A stretch of 64,000 nt of DNA, taken from positions 54,115-118,114 of the forward strand of contig JAHLTZ010000050.1 of the NCBI GenBank assembly GCA_025786725.1, in the 5' to 3' direction. The stretch's first letter is position 1; each line of letters begins with the position of its first letter. The DNA comes from Syncephalis fuscata S228. Lineage: Eukaryota > Fungi > Zoopagomycota. Positions 37,384 to 50,325 of this stretch are shown piece after piece. Both the position numbers and the translations under genes were made by a program. The notes under the pieces are model-generated. The model was not told the DNA's origin. It made no database searches and worked only from the letters and a program-made list of their open reading frames with translations.

Positions 37384-39665
37384 ATGTCTAAAGTTGCCGA
37401 TCTTATTGCTCGCTTCAGTAAGAAGCCAGCTGGAGAGGAGCCTGCCGGACCGTCATCTCGCGAACCAATAGTCAGTGGTGGAATTGGGTCCATCAAAGCA
37501 CGACTTAGCTCTCAAAAGCCTGCCGACTCGACAGAAGAAGAGGCCGATGTAGATCGACCAGCACCAGTACGGGGCAGTGTACAAAAACTCTGGGAAGCCC
37601 GTAAAGAACAGCGAGAGAAAGAGGAGGCTGAAGAAGCGGCCAATGAACGATCTCAGACCAACACTGACGACAATGAACAAACGACAAGTGGAAGTAGTGA
37701 GAATGCTGCGTTTGAAGCGGGTCATGTAAGTTAATAGCTGACTCTAATAGGCAGAATAGATATTGATATAACAAGTAGGTTGACAAACTAGCCAATATCA
37801 TGGCCAATAGTGGAGCAGTACCTATTATTAAACCAATGGATTATGCGGCTAAACGAGCAGAAGTCAAAGCTAAGGAGGAAGAAGAAGAACGGTTAAGACA
37901 GGCAGCTGAAGAGGAAGAGCAGGCTAGAAAAGCAGCTGAAGAAGAACAAGCAAGACAGGCAGCTGAAGAAGAAGAAGGTTAAGAAAAGCAGCTGAAGAAG
38001 AACAAGCAAGACAAGCAGCTGAAGAGGAAGAGCAGGCTAGAAAAGCAGCTGAAGAGGAAGAACGGTTAAGAAAAGCAGCTGAAGTGGAAGAGCAGGCTAG
38101 AAAAGCAGCTGAAGAAGAACAAGCAAGACAGGCAGCTGAAGAAGAAAAGAACGATAAAAACAAAGAGATTGAAATAGATGAAATAAATAAAGAAGTAGAG
38201 AAAGATGAAGTGAAAGAAGTAGTAACAACAAAATCTACTGAACTTGAAACTACTAAAAAGAAAGAAGAACCAATAACTACTACTATTGTTGTAAAAGAAG
38301 AACAAGAAGAAAAGGAAAGCAATATTAATCCACAAGTGTCAACAACATTTAATCAACAAAAAGAAGTAAATGATCATATTGAAATTAATAGTAAACAAGA
38401 TGAATCAACAGACACTACAATTAATGAACAGATAGAAATCATTTCAGATAACAATGACTCAACTGAAAGTAAAGACAAATCTAATCCCCAACTTACTCGT
38501 AGTCAAACTGCCCCACTGAAGATGTAGACAACAAAGTACCTGATATACGTTCATTGGCACGTATGCTATCAGATCAAGTAAGTAGTTTATTAATAACAAC
38601 AAATACAATATATTAATATTTAATATAGGCTGTACATCGAGTTAAAGATAGACCTGCATCATATTCTCCAGCCAGTGACACAAATGATATGGTTGATGCC
38701 ACATCTCCTCCTCGTCCCTTCAGTATTGCTCTTCCTGGTCTAGCCAATCCAGTCCGTGTTCCTTCCAAACAAGATACTGATAATGAAGATGACACTAAAG
38801 ATGAACAGTCAGCCACTGATACATCAAATGGACCATTAAAACCTTTAACAGGTCGATTTAGTAAACCTGCCAATAGAGGCCGTCGTCTACCAACCCGTGT
38901 ACGTAAAGAATCAACTGAAAAGACAAATGACACAACAGAAAGTGAAGTGTCTAATAACACCTCTACTGAAGAACAAAAGACTGAAACACCCATTGTATCT
39001 ATTCAATCAATGGAATCATGTGACGATGAAGTAGAGGCAACATTAAATGATGATACAACTTATATGTTAACTGAAGAACCTGTACTAATTATTGAACAGG
39101 CTGAAACTGATGCCAATACTAATGATATACAGTTACATGTCAATGTAGCAGCCATTAAAGATAAGAAACAACAATCAGCATCAGTGCCATCATCGCCTAT
39201 AACAAAGCAGTCAAAGGTATCTCATGGTAGAAGTTCTTCAGTGACTAAAGGTCATGTAAAGACTAAATCAGGTTCATTAAAGAAATCGGATATACCATCT
39301 GGTGGATCTATTAAAAAAACATCCAGTCAATCATCGACTGGATCAAGTAAATCGGCCACCACTTCCAGTGTAAGACGCACAACAGCGATAGAGGCCTCGA
39401 GTCGACTCTACGCGCCTACAGCATCTTCAGCGGCTAAACAGCGTGTACCAGTTACCACCAAGTCACCAATGATGGCCGTCTTAGTCCGATGCCGAGTCGC
39501 AGTCCACCCAACCGTAACATGTCACGATCACCCTCCCGTATGAGTATGCGAAGTGATAGTCATGATGGCTATCATAGTGGCAATAGTAGTTCATCTGAAC
39601 CGATGCCCTCCACCTCACATAGTAGAACTGCTTCTGGTGATCAACATCGATCAGGGACACTATAA
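37384..39665 (+). CDS. Low-complexity, largely disordered/coiled-coil protein of unknown function, multi-exon
   Basis: Consecutive coding-like ORFs (37384, 37800, 38084, 38689) linked by GT-AG introns and apparent 1-nt errors. E/A/K/R repeats and an S/T-rich tail with SRLYAPTASSAAK. Confidence 0.7.
37880..38146 (+). repeat. Coding minisatellite of 27-30 bp units, (R/K)xAAEEE(E)(Q/R)A
   Basis: About nine repeats containing gcagctgaaga(a/g)gaa. Confidence 0.85.
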
Positions 39666-39880
39666 TAACATTTATTAGGATTATCCATTTACTGCACCTT
39701 CATCATTCACACTATCCAATTAACTAGTTATTGTGAATAAAATATTAATATGTTATTATATTAAATATGTTAAATGGGTTGTGTTAATGTTTATTAATTA
39801 GTATTTTAACATTTTAACATTTAAATCCCTTTTGTTTCATACAATTGACTTTTTGTCTATTATTTCTCACTTTTTATTCA

Positions 39881-41427
39881 ATGCCGAGTAACAGCGCTTT
39901 ATCTATTCTACGTGCTCATTATGCACAGGCTGCTGAATTACTATTACTGCGCCGCTTAGACGAGGCTGAAGTGGCTTGTGAACGGGCACTGGGTCAACTA
40001 GGACCGATGATTAGAGAAGTAAAGAAAACAACGCGCTCTGAAGATAGTCGACGTAACGTGGACTGGCCCAGAAAGGTATGGCTTCTACGTATTGCCCTTA
40101 CCAGTGCCCAACTTGAAGAACAGCCTATATCCACGGTAAATGATGAACAACTACTCCTTATTAATGAGCGCGTACGTAATAGTTATGCGGATAACGAGGA
40201 TATCCATCCAGATATTATAGCTGCATTGTAAGTATAAACGGAATGGTGAGTGCGTGGATGAGTGAGTGTGACCGTCGACTAAATGTTCGGCAATCAATGT
40301 GCCGCACTCCTATTACCCATGTTCCCATAATACATATCAATATGTTTATTAATACATTGATCTACTATTTAATGAATAGGGAAATGCTGGCCCTTAAGTT
40401 TAATTGTTTAGATGCTGCACGTATTATTGCCGAGACTTGGTTGGCCAGTCTAACGGATGTTATTTTTGAAGCGGTCACTCGTGCCAATACACTTATTACA
40501 GATCCTAGTCAGAGTGGCACACTTACGGACCGTGAACTATCTGGATCTACAGTTCTATTATCGCATCCATCGACGACGAATGATGCAGATAGCAGTAATA
40601 CAACAGCGAATGTAGAGGAACAATTAAGAAAAGGATATGAACGAGTAATAGAACTGTATACACTTCATGTACTGCCTCAATTAGATGAATGGGAAACTGC
40701 CCATGAATTTCTAACTTATAATGATATGTTACATACAACTAACAGAAAGTAAGATGAATATATAAATATATAGATATGGATAAGTACTAATGAATCTATA
40801 AATGTTTACGAATAGATATGTCTCAAATCATTAAAGCGATTAAGAAAGGCAGCTATTAAAGCACAAAATAGTTTAATTGAACAACAACAACAACAGGATA
40901 TTGAACAAGATACAAGTTGGATGGAATCAACATGGATATCAACCACAAGTGGTAGAGCAGCAGAGAATGGACAAGCATTAACATCTAATGCTACATTGTC
41001 ATCGACTTCTCCTTCTCCTTCTCCTTCTTCTTCCTCTCCTTCTACGTCATCGCCTTTATCGTCTTCACTAGTCAATGGTAGTAATTCATCTCATGTAATA
41101 TACAGCATCAAGGAAAAGATGTTGTAACTAGTGGATCTACTTCAACTGGACCGTCTAAATCTACAAGACATACATCAACTACCTCTTCCCTCCTCTCCTT
41201 CATCCTCCTTCATCATCTCTTGGCTAGTACGACTAGAACAACAATGTCGTTTACTATTTAGAAGAGCTGAATCATATGGCATTAATTATTGGATCATTAC
41301 ATTAACCATACTATGGATACTACGTCGTCTTCTATCGAGTCAACCAACAATTAATAGGCTATTGAGTCAAGGATGGCAGAAATTTTTACAAACTATTAAA
41401 ATGGGCACCACAGTTACATATGTTTAA
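39881..41427 (+). CDS. PEX26: Peroxin Pex26 (tail-anchored Pex1/Pex6 receptor), fungal type
   Basis: YAQAAELLLLRR N-terminus, ELYTLHVLPQLDEWETAHEFL, and a C-terminal hydrophobic anchor followed by WQKFLQTIKMGTTVTYV*, which resembles fungal Pex26 termini. Confidence 0.72.
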
Positions 41428-41462
41428 TAAATAAAGACCACTATATTAATAATAGCATTTAA

Positions 41463-42091
41463 TTACACAGATCGTCGATAAGGTGTGGAAAAGTAGACAT
41501 GTTCCATTGTTTGTAGTAAAGTGTCCAATTCAGTAATAACCTGTTGGGTTGTATCGCGCATTTGTTGTTGTTCTTGTTGAAGTGTTGACATTCTATCAGC
41601 CACAATAGAGGCCAGTGATTGAGTCTCATTAAGAACAAATGTTCTCTTTAATTCCGATACCATTGACATAAGTGATTCGGCAGCAAATAACTAATTATAT
41701 GGATTAATAATGACGAGTGGCTATATTAATGTAATCATGATGTATCTTACAATATTAGTGGCGCGTGTCTCTAAAGCAAAGCCTTCTTCAGCCAGTTGGA
41801 ATTTATCTTTATTTGTTACCTATATATATATATATATCGTTGTATTAGTTTAATTTTATTAGGTTATCTCTAGCTTACGGTGGCCATACGAATGATATCG
41901 GTAAAGCCATCGGCTAATTGGTCAAGTTCATTGTCTAATCGACGATGACGCGACTCTTCTAATTCCGATAATAACTCGGAAGAAGTGGATGGCTGCTGGG
42001 TCGGACCTGATGCAGACGATGATTGAGGTACTGAAGGTGTTGCACCGGCTGAAGTAGCCGGGTGGTTAGTAGAAGTAGAGGCACGTATCAT
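41463..42091 (-). CDS. MED22: Mediator subunit Med22 (Srb6), three exons
   Basis: RRLDNELDQLADGFTDIIRMAT|VTNKDKFQLAEEGFALETRATNI|LFAAESLMSMVSELKRTFVLNE. Confidence 0.82.
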
Positions 42092-42246
42092 ATTAGAATA
42101 GTTATGAAATAAAGAATACGGTGACGATATTTGTTATTGATGTGTATTTACACTTTTTTGTTTTCTTTTAAACCATTGTGTACACGCGTCACTATTAACC
42201 TACACTTTCTTTTTTTTCTTTCTGTTACGTGCTGTTTATCGCGAAT

Positions 42247-45157
42247 ATGGACGTGCCTGATCTATTATCGACCTCGCGTATTTATCATTCGCGTCCATCA
42301 AAGACCAACTATACAAGTGCTAGGAGTGCGCATGTTGCTACTACCACACCCAATACGTCATTTATATTTGGACCGGCACCTATAGCTACTGCCGCCCATA
42401 CTAGCACTGCTACTGTTGCCGATACAGATACGCCTATAGGTCATTGGGAACATCCAGCTATAAAGTTACTCGATCAACAACGACGATCTAATGAGACACT
42501 TTTAGCAACTCGTCGACGATTCCGGATTAATGTCGCATTTCTTTTATTGTTTATTGCTATAACGAATCTTGGTTATTATAGGTAAGTTTTAGCGTATTTT
42601 AGTATATTGACTAAATATTGTTTTGTAGAAGTGTTATTGGATTTATTGGATGGGTCATTCCTGGTCTAGGCAATCTATTCAGCTATGCAGGTAAGAACGA
42701 AAGTTGTTTAAGACTATGGATAGTATTGTTAATCAGTATCTATGAATAGAATGGCTAGTCTATCTAGTATTTGGTGTTAATATTACAGATGCATGGATTA
42801 GATGGACTAAACCCAATTCGGCTTATGCTTCACTGCCCTTAACTCAATATCAACGACGATTATTGGGATTACCAGAATTAGTTGATGTAAAATGTTAGTA
42901 CATTAATACTTATTAATATTGTTATATTTACTGTTAAATAATAGCACCTAAGGAGGGTACGGAAATGATGGCAGCCCCTCGATATCAACCTATTGTTAAT
43001 AGTGTAAGTTATTAGTGCACTATTAAATGGTTAATTAATTATATTGAATCAGTTACGTCAAAGTGTATCAACAACACCAGCTGGTCCATCTCGTCGATAT
43101 CCAGCAACTACTACACCATTTGGGTAATTATCTATATGAACATGAATATTTATGTATTAATTATTAGTTAATTAATAAATTAATAAATTAATAGAACGAC
43201 CCCACGAGGTATTATGGGAATGACCACCACACCACTCAATTCACCACCACCACGATCAATGTTATTTGGTAACAATCATGGATATTTACGTGAAAGACAA
43301 AATAGAAGTACATTTGGTAAGTGATTTAACCTATATTGTGGATAATATAATCTAATATAATCTAATATATATATATATATTATGTGTAATTATAGGTGAT
43401 ATTAGTGGTCAACCTTTAACGGAGGCCAGTGAAATTGATGCATTAATTGATGCCAATGAGCCTACATTAAATATGTCCATGTTATCACAAAGTACGTATT
43501 TATTACAATTCTATTTATAGATAACTATAATATGGTATGTATTTAGGTGGTATTATGGATCGATCTGGTGCTTCTACACTTCATTTAAGCGCTTTATCAC
43601 CTGGCAATGGACAAGGACTATCTACAAATTATGGACAGCCACCTATTCCAACATTTGCTTACCAAGAAGCATTACCAATTACTAAGCGAAATCTAGCAAC
43701 TGCCACTGTAGAACGTGCACTAGATGGACTTGGCTACAAAGATCCACAAACGGTAAATATCCAGTCTATAGCTATTTTAGCATACTTATAGCTATTGTAA
43801 TAGGTATTGGACGAACTAGGTGTGGATTTATACATCGATACCTGGACAGAGAATTTGCGTATGGTAATTAATAGAATATTTGTATAGGCCACTACTAATC
43901 TAATAGATTAATAATAGTGGTTATCCAGCCGTGTATTACGCAGTATAGTTCAGCTAGTCAATGAGGTTGATCAAGAGTTGTCACAACAAGGATTAGCCCA
44001 TTTGGATTCATCAAAGTGTCAACTTCCACTAAACGAGTATCCAGCTATTGCTATGGCATTGGAACCCAATAAACCTGCCCCTGCAACCACAGCCACATCT
44101 GGATTAATAAAACCTTGTAAGTTGATAATATCAATAGTATAGTAATACTATAAAATAAATACTTATAATTGGTACTATTATTGTAGTTGGATTTGGACAG
44201 ACAGGAACTGCTTTTGGAGCATCGACTAATCTACAACCGCAGCCATCACAAATACCCCAAACATTGGTTGAATTAGTACAGCGGTATCCTCAGGTAATTT
44301 ATTGTTAATCATTAAATAAACTACTTGCTAATTAATAGCAATTAGATGCCATTGGTACGCAAACGTATTGAATTAGAGAGATATTTAAATATACCAGGCT
44401 ATACATGTCGTGATTATATTATAGCTCGTATTAAAGGTAAGTGTATAGATAGACGAGTATATAGATGGATAAATAAGTATACTAATGGATAAAATGATAG
44501 ATTTGGCTGTAGGTGGTGTATTGGCAGCCTATAGGTGGGATAGTGGCGCTATTATTTGGAATGATGATAAGAAATGGACACCTGAAATGCCATCAGATGC
44601 ACAGGTAATGAAGTGGCAGTAATGATCTAAAGTAACTCTATTAACCTATAGTTATTAGTTAATACTGCATTTGTTTTGTACATTCCTTGATATGGTAACG
44701 CCTGACAACGATGTTACTTTCCCTATGAATGTACCATTTTCTAGTCTACACTATCTTGCTGAAGGTACAAAGCCAGGTAACTATTACGGCATAATTATAT
44801 AACGAATGATTAATTATGGTTATTATGGTATTTAGATCCAAATGTGGCTATTCAGCTTAAACAAGTTAAAAAGCACCCTCCTCACTACTGTTTAGTGGTG
44901 GACAATAAGTACTGGGATGTTTATCCGGTAAGTAGAAGCGATAGATGAGCATTAATTGAATACCAATAGTATGATTAGAAACGCAGCAATTTATTCCATA
45001 CATTAGTGCTGTTTACATTTTATGCTAATACACGATGTGCTGGATATTTGGGGTAAGTAGATTAACAGCAAAACAAATAGAAAACTTATACACTTTGACT
45101 AGATTGTTGAAACTGTCCAGTAAAGCAGTAGGATTGAGTGAAGTAGTTGCTGAATAA
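42247..45157 (+). CDS. TMEM209/Pom34-like nuclear-envelope protein (CytochromB561_N family), many exons
   Basis: GHWEHP motif, two TM segments, LPLTQYQRRLLGL, WTENLRM|WLSSRVL, RIK|DLAVGG..YRWDSG, PSDAQ|LILHLFCTFLD, RSNLFHTLVLF and GYLG. Confidence 0.8.
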
Positions 45158-45984
45158 AGAACTATTGGTAGTAAATGATATGAGTATTACTATTATTATT
45201 ATTATTATTATTAGCCATTTAGATATTGAAATTCAATAATAAACCTTTAAATATATATATGGCTATGGCTATGGCTATGGCATACTGTAGTATCAAGTCG
45301 AAAGATATTGATTGAGCACTGTATAATTAATATGTTGACATTGTTGTGCATAATAGTATTTAGTTTGTGCATTGAGTGGACTGGATGTATGCGCTAATTA
45401 TTAATAAAGTAATAAGTAAATAAACGATACTGTTATATACAGAAGAACGAGTAAAGAAGAGAAAATGATAAATGATAATGAATAGCAAATACTATCTAAA
45501 AGAATGGCTTATGGAAAAAAGACAAGATTTGCATAAATAAATTTAGTGTTAACCAAATAGCAGTTTAAATAGCGTATATCTAGTATACAATAGATGGATA
45601 TACAACGACAATAACAGCAATATTGGTATTGACAGTAGAGTACATATAGTTTAATGAGCACAGTAAGCGAGGCGAGTCAAAATTCATAAGTAACAGAGCT
45701 ATTGCAAAGCAGACAATAGCAATAGATGGCGCGTAACGATTATGCAATAAATTCATTTATATATATATATATTAGAATGACTATACAAAACACGAGTGCA
45801 AATAGTAGTGTTTAAGCTACATTGCATATATACATGAGTGAATGGGTGAAAATTTGAGATAAACAAAAAACGTTAGAAATAAACAAAAACTGCTTTGGAT
45901 AAAGAAAGGCTAGGTGAGTATAAATTGATACACAATAGAATGAATATACAATAAGAAGAGCGTAAATATCAGTGTTAAAGTTAC

Positions 45985-46250
45985 ATGTGTATATAGCGTA
46001 ATAAGTGAAATGAGCAAACTATATTGTCGCATATAAACAATAAAATGTGTCTAGTGTGTCATTTTATAATACATATTAATATGGTACAGAATGGGAATAA
46101 TGATATAGATGAATGGTGGATATATGCGTACTGGATAATAAAGCTACAATAATGAGTATTTAATGATTGATGTCACTACCACCCAACATCATGTTCAATA
46201 GATTGAATGTGTAGTTTAATTGCGCGAATGTTACAAATAATAGTCTTTTG
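45985..46250 (+). repeat. Diverged dispersed copy of the core-end/inverted-repeat sequence of the 48-55 kb array
   Basis: gcatataaacaataaaatgtgtctagtg...atggtggatatatgcgtactggataataaagctacaataatgag...catcatgttcaatagatt matches 49500-49676. Confidence 0.8.
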
Positions 46251-46787
46251 TCTTCATAATAATAATAAATTATTATTAATATTAAACGACACACAAAACG
46301 TTATAGTTTTAATATATTTAATTAATAAACATTAGAATATACTGCTATTATATAACATATAGCACAAAGGTAACGGACAATCAATGCTGAACCCTTACCG
46401 ATTTTCTTACAAGGAAATTACAATATTATTTATTATTTCGTCTTAGTTATTAACAATAATTACAGCTATAAATAGCTGTAATAACATACATTTTAATAAA
46501 ATTATCATTCGTTATCTATTCAGGTTAGGCCACATTATTGTAAAAGTTTATATTTTATTTTGGTTATATGTAACAACCGTAAAACAAGGTATAATGGAAT
46601 AAAGATAATCTTTTATTAAACAGAAATTGTGTATTATTTATAAGCTTTGCGGAGCTTTAAATTAAAGTGTTGTGGGAAAATAATTGCATAATATTTAAAT
46701 TATACAATTATTTCTCGTAACGAATATAATTTCGTTACATTATAGTTATGTGTTTTATATTATTTGTAAAAAAATATTTTATTTAAT

Positions 46788-46950
46788 TATAGGTGTTATA
46801 TTGCTTTGCTTCCTACAACGTATGTTTATTTAGTACTCAATAATTTAATTATAGTCATATTGAAAACTATAAATATAATTATATTTACAATCATTGAGTA
46901 CTAAATAAACATACGTTGTCGTAATGCAGGGAAGCAAATGACAATCTATA
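46788..46950. mobile_element. MITE-like hairpin element
   Basis: Perfect 27-bp inverted repeat acaacgtatgtttatttagtactcaat (46815-46841) / attgagtactaaataaacatacgttgt (46893-46919), with an imperfect outer extension ttgcttcc/ggaagcaa. Confidence 0.6.
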
Positions 46951-47424
46951 GCTGAAAAGTAGTAAATTTTTATCTTTATATTTAGCTGGTGTGAGGCAAC
47001 GGTCCGTAGGACCTATCCGCTTTAGGCAGAACTTGCCTGCCACATGGCATGTGGTGGCTCCTCAGTTGGCTATTATTTGGATGGGTGGGTGGTGGTTGCT
47101 GTCGCTGTGCAAGTGGTAGTCTTAGTCCCTGCAGTTTATTTGGCATTGTGTATTCTTTTCTGTGTGCATCCAGTGTTGCATTGTTGCCAGAGTACCATAG
47201 TATAACATGGTGCTTCTTAGCCTCCTCTTCTTGTTGCTTGATATATCGCATTGGTCAATTGCGCGATTTGTTGTCATATCCATTAATCCGTTCTTCTCTG
47301 ATTTGGATCTTTAGGGGGAGTGATTATGATTTTATTACTGATCTGCTTAATTCTATCAGGATCCAAAACTGGCATTTCTGGCTCTTCTGATTGGATAATG
47401 CTCTCGACAGTTTTTGTACACTCT

Positions 47425-47735
47425 TGTAACAAAGTGGCCACCGTGGCCACTAAATTACCACTCAGCTACGCATGGCAAATACTAGATATAGTAATGCTTA
47501 ATTACAATTACTATATATATACTAAGTATAATTATATTTTTACTATTTTATTTTCTTGTATATTGTTCTACTCCGACATTCTAACCATTAACTAGAACAA
47601 TATATAAAAACATACCTGTTATTACAAATAAAGACATTATCAGTTTTTACACGAATTTACGCTTATATTTCTCTAGCTTGTCATTTGTCACTTGCCCAAG
47701 TAATCCGCACACTCCGTGTATCTCATCAGGTTACA
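47425..47735 (+). mobile_element. Probable solo LTR, 311 bp
   Basis: Begins TGTAAC and ends GTTACA (TG...CA with 6-bp inverted ends). Internal TATATAAAA at ~47601 is followed by AATAAA at ~47627. No clean target-site duplication. Confidence 0.55.
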
Positions 47736-48104
47736 AATCATTAGCGGCTATAGGTATGGTACTACTATTCAATTATTCAACGAACACATTTGAATAAAGA
47801 AGCAGTATTAAATTGATTAGCTACACCAAAAGTAGATTGGCCAACACGAGTACGCTTGGTAAAATACGTAGTAATGAGAGAGGACATTTGCGTATTTTTT
47901 GCTTAAAGCGAAATAAAATAAAAACTTGAATAGATGTTAATTCAACGTAATAAATATCTTAGTCAATAAAGGATTGGTTATTGAATATGATAAATAGTTT
48001 ATTAATTAGCCTCATATACCATTCAATATATATAGCAATAATATGCCACCTGCTAGCTATTGTAAATGCGGTGATGTTTACAACCATTACTGCATTACTG
48101 ATTT

Positions 48105-48201
48105 CTGTAACAAAAAGGAGTACGCGCATGTTACTGTAGCAAAAGGAGTATGCGCATGTTACTGTAGCAAAAAGGAGTATGCGCATGTTACTGTAGCAAA
48201 A
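48105..48201. repeat. Minisatellite, ~3.3 copies of 28-29 bp
   Basis: ctgtagcaaaa(a)ggagtatgcgcatgtta repeated. Confidence 0.9.
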
Positions 48202-49880
48202 TAATAATAATGACATATTGTAACAACATCATTCATTTAACAATAATAATAGTATTTTATTTAGACGTCATTTATATTGTGTTGCGTTAATATTTAATAA
48301 GTTTTTTATAATTTGGTAATCAAATGATTACATTTATTAAGACTTATTTCATTAAATATAATGCTAGGTGGTGAATAATATCAATTATTAAATACTCATT
48401 ATTGTAGCTTTATTATCCAGTATGCATATATCCACCATTTACTTGCATTATTCCCATTCTGTTTATGCTGTACACTTTTATTTTATTAAATGTTGTTGTA
48501 CATTGTTATACAGTATATTGGCCACACTCTATCGGTTGGCGTTGTCCATTCGACTCTAGCTTTATAGCTGAATTGGCCCTTCATTACGCTTTTTCTGCTA
48601 ATGACCATATTACACAGTCACAGTTGGGCATATTGATAAAGTTAACAGTAAATTAACGAATATATATACTGCAAATCCGATTGGTTCTGCGTACTCGCAT
48701 GACAATTCTGGCTATAATAAACCAATAAAATAAAATGTCTAAATATTTATTGTTTTTATTTAGAATTGTATACGCATATCATAGCAATATTGGTCAAATA
48801 TTGGTGAAAATCGTTAAATATAAATATAAATTTGTTTATTTATCGCTATGATTTGTTTATTATGCTAGTTTGTCGATTAGTGCATAGTATACTGGCTGCT
48901 GGCTGCCAATCTGGCTTATTCTAGTGCAGTCATTGCAGTCATTGCAGTGATTTCAGCTAATGACCAGTCAGTATGGTCCTTGCAGGTCCTTACTCGTATA
49001 TCAGCTAGCGTATTTTGTTTGTTTTACGCCGCGTATGCATCGATTGCATTGCCCGGGTTGTTTCTGGCTATTGAGCTATGTAGTGGTACGCTTTATTCGT
49101 TCTATTTCACTCATATTGGCCTCAATCTACACAGCACGCCACTACATCACTTCCGTTTTTTGTACCACCTTCCTAATATGGAGTATTGCCGTGACTCGGT
49201 TTAACATTCAACTCCAGAGCCCGTAGTAATACAGCCACCCATTGGGCCATTTCCGGCTGACCTTGCCATTACTGTGGATACGCATTGTTTTGCTTGATCA
49301 ACACCAAAGCCATTGCTAATTGACAATTGCCGGCTTGTCTAGCAGACGGTTACAATAATTCGATTTGTTAATAATTAGCCTGGTGCAAAAATAAACATGA
49401 TTTTGGATTGAGGAAAGATGGGCGATCATAGAAAACATAAAAAGCGGTGTCAAAGCTACAGTGTGTATAGTGGAATGAGTGGAATGAGCAAAGTATATTG
49501 CCGCATATAAACAATAAAATGTGTCTAGTGTATCGTAGAATGATACATAGTAGTGTGGGACAGAATGGGAATGATATAGGTAAATGGTGGATATATGCAT
49601 ACTGGATAATAAAGCTACAATAATGAGCATTTGATAATTGATGTCACTCACCGCCCATCATCATGTTCAATAGATTGGGCGTTATTAAAAATAGTCATTT
49701 AACCACCAAATCACAATAAATGTAATAATGCGACGATTAAATAAAACTCACCACTTGTCCCCATGTTTAATAGAACGAAAATGTAGTTCAGCTACGCGAA
49801 TGTTACAAAAAAAAGTCATTTGACCCCCAAATCACACTAAGCAATAAACGATTTTAGTTAAAAAAAGCTATAATGTGCTA

Positions 49881-50325
49881 TATAATGGTATATAGTGATA
49901 TATAATGGTATATAGTGGTATATAGTGGTATATAGTGGTATATAGTGATATATACTTTCTTATACCGCCTTACACCGTCTTACACCGGCTTATACCGTCT
50001 TATGGAGCGGTACGGAGCGGTATGGAGCGGTATGGAGCGGTACGCAGCGGTACGCCGTCTTATACCGTCTTATACCGTCTTACACCGTCTTACCCGTCTT
50101 AACCGTCTTACGCCGTCTTACGCCTCTTAACCGTCTTATGGAGCGGTACGCCGCGGTACGGAGCGGTACGCCGTCTTATACCGTCTTACACCGCTTACCC
50201 GTCTTAACCGCTTACCCTTACACCGTCTTACGCCGTCTTATACCTTCTTACACCGTCTTATGGAGCGGTACGCCGCGGTACGGAGCGGTACGCCGTCTTA
50301 TACCGTCTTACCCGTCTTACACCGT
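49881..50325. repeat. 10-bp-period satellite block 1
   Basis: (tggtatatag)n followed by mixed (ccgtcttata/ca/cg)n and (ggagcggta(c/t))n. Confidence 0.95.

Noticed and set aside
48947-49651. ORFs in the array core (MISANDQS..., MTSQYGPC..., MSDINYQ...)
   Set aside because: Overlapping short ORFs on both strands with no recognisable motifs; their recurrence reflects DNA duplication only.
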